NCBI GenBank assembly: GCA_030390025.1
Contig: CM059431.1
Location: 99,946,001 to 100,010,000 of the forward strand
DNA from: Squalus acanthias
Lineage: Eukaryota
Direction: 5' to 3'
DNA length: 64,000 bases
Position numbers and translations under genes: made by a program. This document shows, in pieces, positions 62,190 to 64,000 of the stretch. The stretch's first letter is position 1. The number at the start of each line of letters is the position of its first letter. Under the pieces are notes generated by a model. The model ran no database searches. It was given only the letters and a program-made list of their open reading frames with translations, and was not told where the DNA came from.

Positions 62190-62364
62190 CTGTTTCTCTC
62201 TCCACAGATGCTGCCTGACCTGCTGAGTGTTTCCAGCATTTTCTGTTTTTATTTCAGATTTCCAGCATCCGCAGTATTTTGCTTTTGTATTAATATGTAA
62301 TACTTACCTGGTTTTCTGCGTCACAAAAGTTCATATAATCAATATACTAAACAGAGAACACATT

Positions 62365-63599
62365 GGCCCCGACTTTGCGGGCGGGGACTCCGATCCGCCA
62401 ATAAAATGCCCGCGCCAACCTGGTGATTCCGGGAGGTACGGAGACTCGCGCTCCTGGGGCTCTCCGGGTACCCGCGGGCAGAGGCCCACGTTTCTCAGGG
62501 TGCAGGCGGATCGCGAGTGCCCCGAGATCAGGTGGGCCGGCCCAACAAATGACAGAAGGCGTTCCCATTCATTCTTATGGAGATTCCGTACGTCCAGAAA
62601 CCCCATAAGCATGAATGGAAATACCCCCAAAAAATACACCTAGACATCAAATAAATAAAAAAAAAATCACATATTTAAAATGAATTAAAATGGCATTTAA
62701 TTAAATATTTAAAACAAAAATTTTATTTTTTGATAAATAAATTGGCATGTTTTAAGGGGGCTAAAAATAAACTTACCTTATTTCACAGGTGTTTAAATGT
62801 ATAAATTATTGATAAAACTTTATTTTTCTGCTTTTTTAAAACTCTTATGCTGGTGAAAGCAGGCCTTACTCCTGCTGTTACCAGGCGTAAGAATTTCACG
62901 GGCATTCGCTGGGCAGAAGCCCAACTCTCCGCCCTTTTCCCGAGGATGCAGATCATCTGTCAAGAACATAAGAAATAGGAGCAGGAGTCGGCCATTCGGC
63001 CCCTCGAGCCTGCCCCGCCATTCAGTGAGATCATGGCTGATCTTCTACCTCAACTCCACTTTCCTGAACTATCCCCATATCCCTTGATTCCCTTAATATT
63101 CAAAAATCTATCGATCTCTGTCTTGAATATACTCAACGACTGAGCCTCCACAGCCCTCTGGGGTAGAGAATTCCAAAGATTCACCACCCTCTGAGTGAAG
63201 AAATTTCTCCTCATCTCAGTCCTAAATGGCCGACTCCTTATCTGAGACTGTGACCCCTGGTTCTAGACTCCCCAGCCAGGGGAAACATCCTCCCTGCATC
63301 TACCCTGTCAAGCCCTGTAAGAGTTTTGTATGTTTCAATGAGATCACCTCTCATTCTTCTAAACTCTAGAGAATATAGGCCGAGTCGACTCAATCTCTCC
63401 TCATAGGACAATCCCCCCATCCCAGGAACCAGTCTGGTGAACCTTCGTTGCACTCCCTCTATGGCAAGAAAATTCTTGACAGATCGCAAGTTCCGGGTTT
63501 TCGCGCATGCGCAGCACACGCCTACACCCAGAACTTGCGCGTCTGTCACGGGCGCATGCGCACCTCATACACACCCGTAGTGGCCGCAAAATACGGCTC
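62365..63599. mobile_element. Harbinger-type non-autonomous element with nested CR1 (about 62964-63468, minus strand)
   Basis: TSD ATT; imperfect TIR ggccccgactttgcgg / ccgcaaaatacggctc; CR1 flanked by caagaa duplication. Confidence 0.7.
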
Positions 63600-63761
63600 A
63601 TTAGTTTGCATATTACATGTAAGATGATCCTATCAATAGAAAGCATTATTACAAATACATGAAAAATGCATTACTTTTGAAGATGTAATTTTTGAAATAA
63701 AGAATTGCTTACACTTATAATCAACTGATTATGACTATATAAGGAAGTATACTGAAAGGAA

Positions 63762-63975
63762 TGAAAGAAAGACTTGCATTTCTATAGCGCCTTTCACGAC
63801 CTCAGGACGTCCCAAAGCGCTTTACAGCCAATGAAGTACTTTTTGAAGTGTAGTCACTGTTGTAATGTAGGAAACGCAGCAGCCAATTTGCTCACAGCAA
63901 GCTCCCACAAACAGCAATGTGATAATGAGCAGATCATCTGTTTTAGTGATGTTAGTTGAGGGATAAATATTGGCT
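63762..63975 (-). mobile_element. DeuSINE 3' fragment
   Basis: Same tail and core as other copies. Confidence 0.8.
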
Positions 63976-64000
63976 AAATACTGGATATATATTTAAGTCA

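Larger units (their letters stand above)
61707..62290. repeat. Long inverted repeat of two Penelope pLTR copies (arms about 61707-61970 and 61991-62254)
   Basis: ORFs 61670-61945 (-) and 62016-62300 (+) translate almost identically; spacer about 20 bp. Confidence 0.92.

Overview
Eukaryotic, repeat-saturated vertebrate DNA. The repeat families (DeuSINE/SacSINE1-like, HE1-like V-SINE, CR1, L2, Penelope) point to a cartilaginous fish (shark); this is inference. The only host coding sequence I can support is one 203-nt minus-strand exon at 61426-61628, matching exon 2 of ITGBL1 (integrin beta-like 1), so most of the window is probably its long second intron. The rest is nested transposable elements: CR1 and L2 LINEs, a second CR1-group LINE with a partner SINE, Penelope-like 3' fragments carrying minimal hammerhead ribozymes, many PIF/Harbinger-type non-autonomous elements (3-bp TSDs) plus a Myb/SANT remnant, and TE-derived minisatellites. 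There is also one Gypsy LTR retrotransposon with both ends intact but an internal deletion (22894-27966; 120-bp LTRs, GCCTT TSD). The most unusual item is a ~1.15-kb orphan sequence that sits precisely inside that element's RNase H region without a TSD. It has a stop-poor reading frame and is a candidate captured non-retroviral viral or foreign RNA. Its identity cannot be established without a database search. Boundaries of degraded repeats are approximate.
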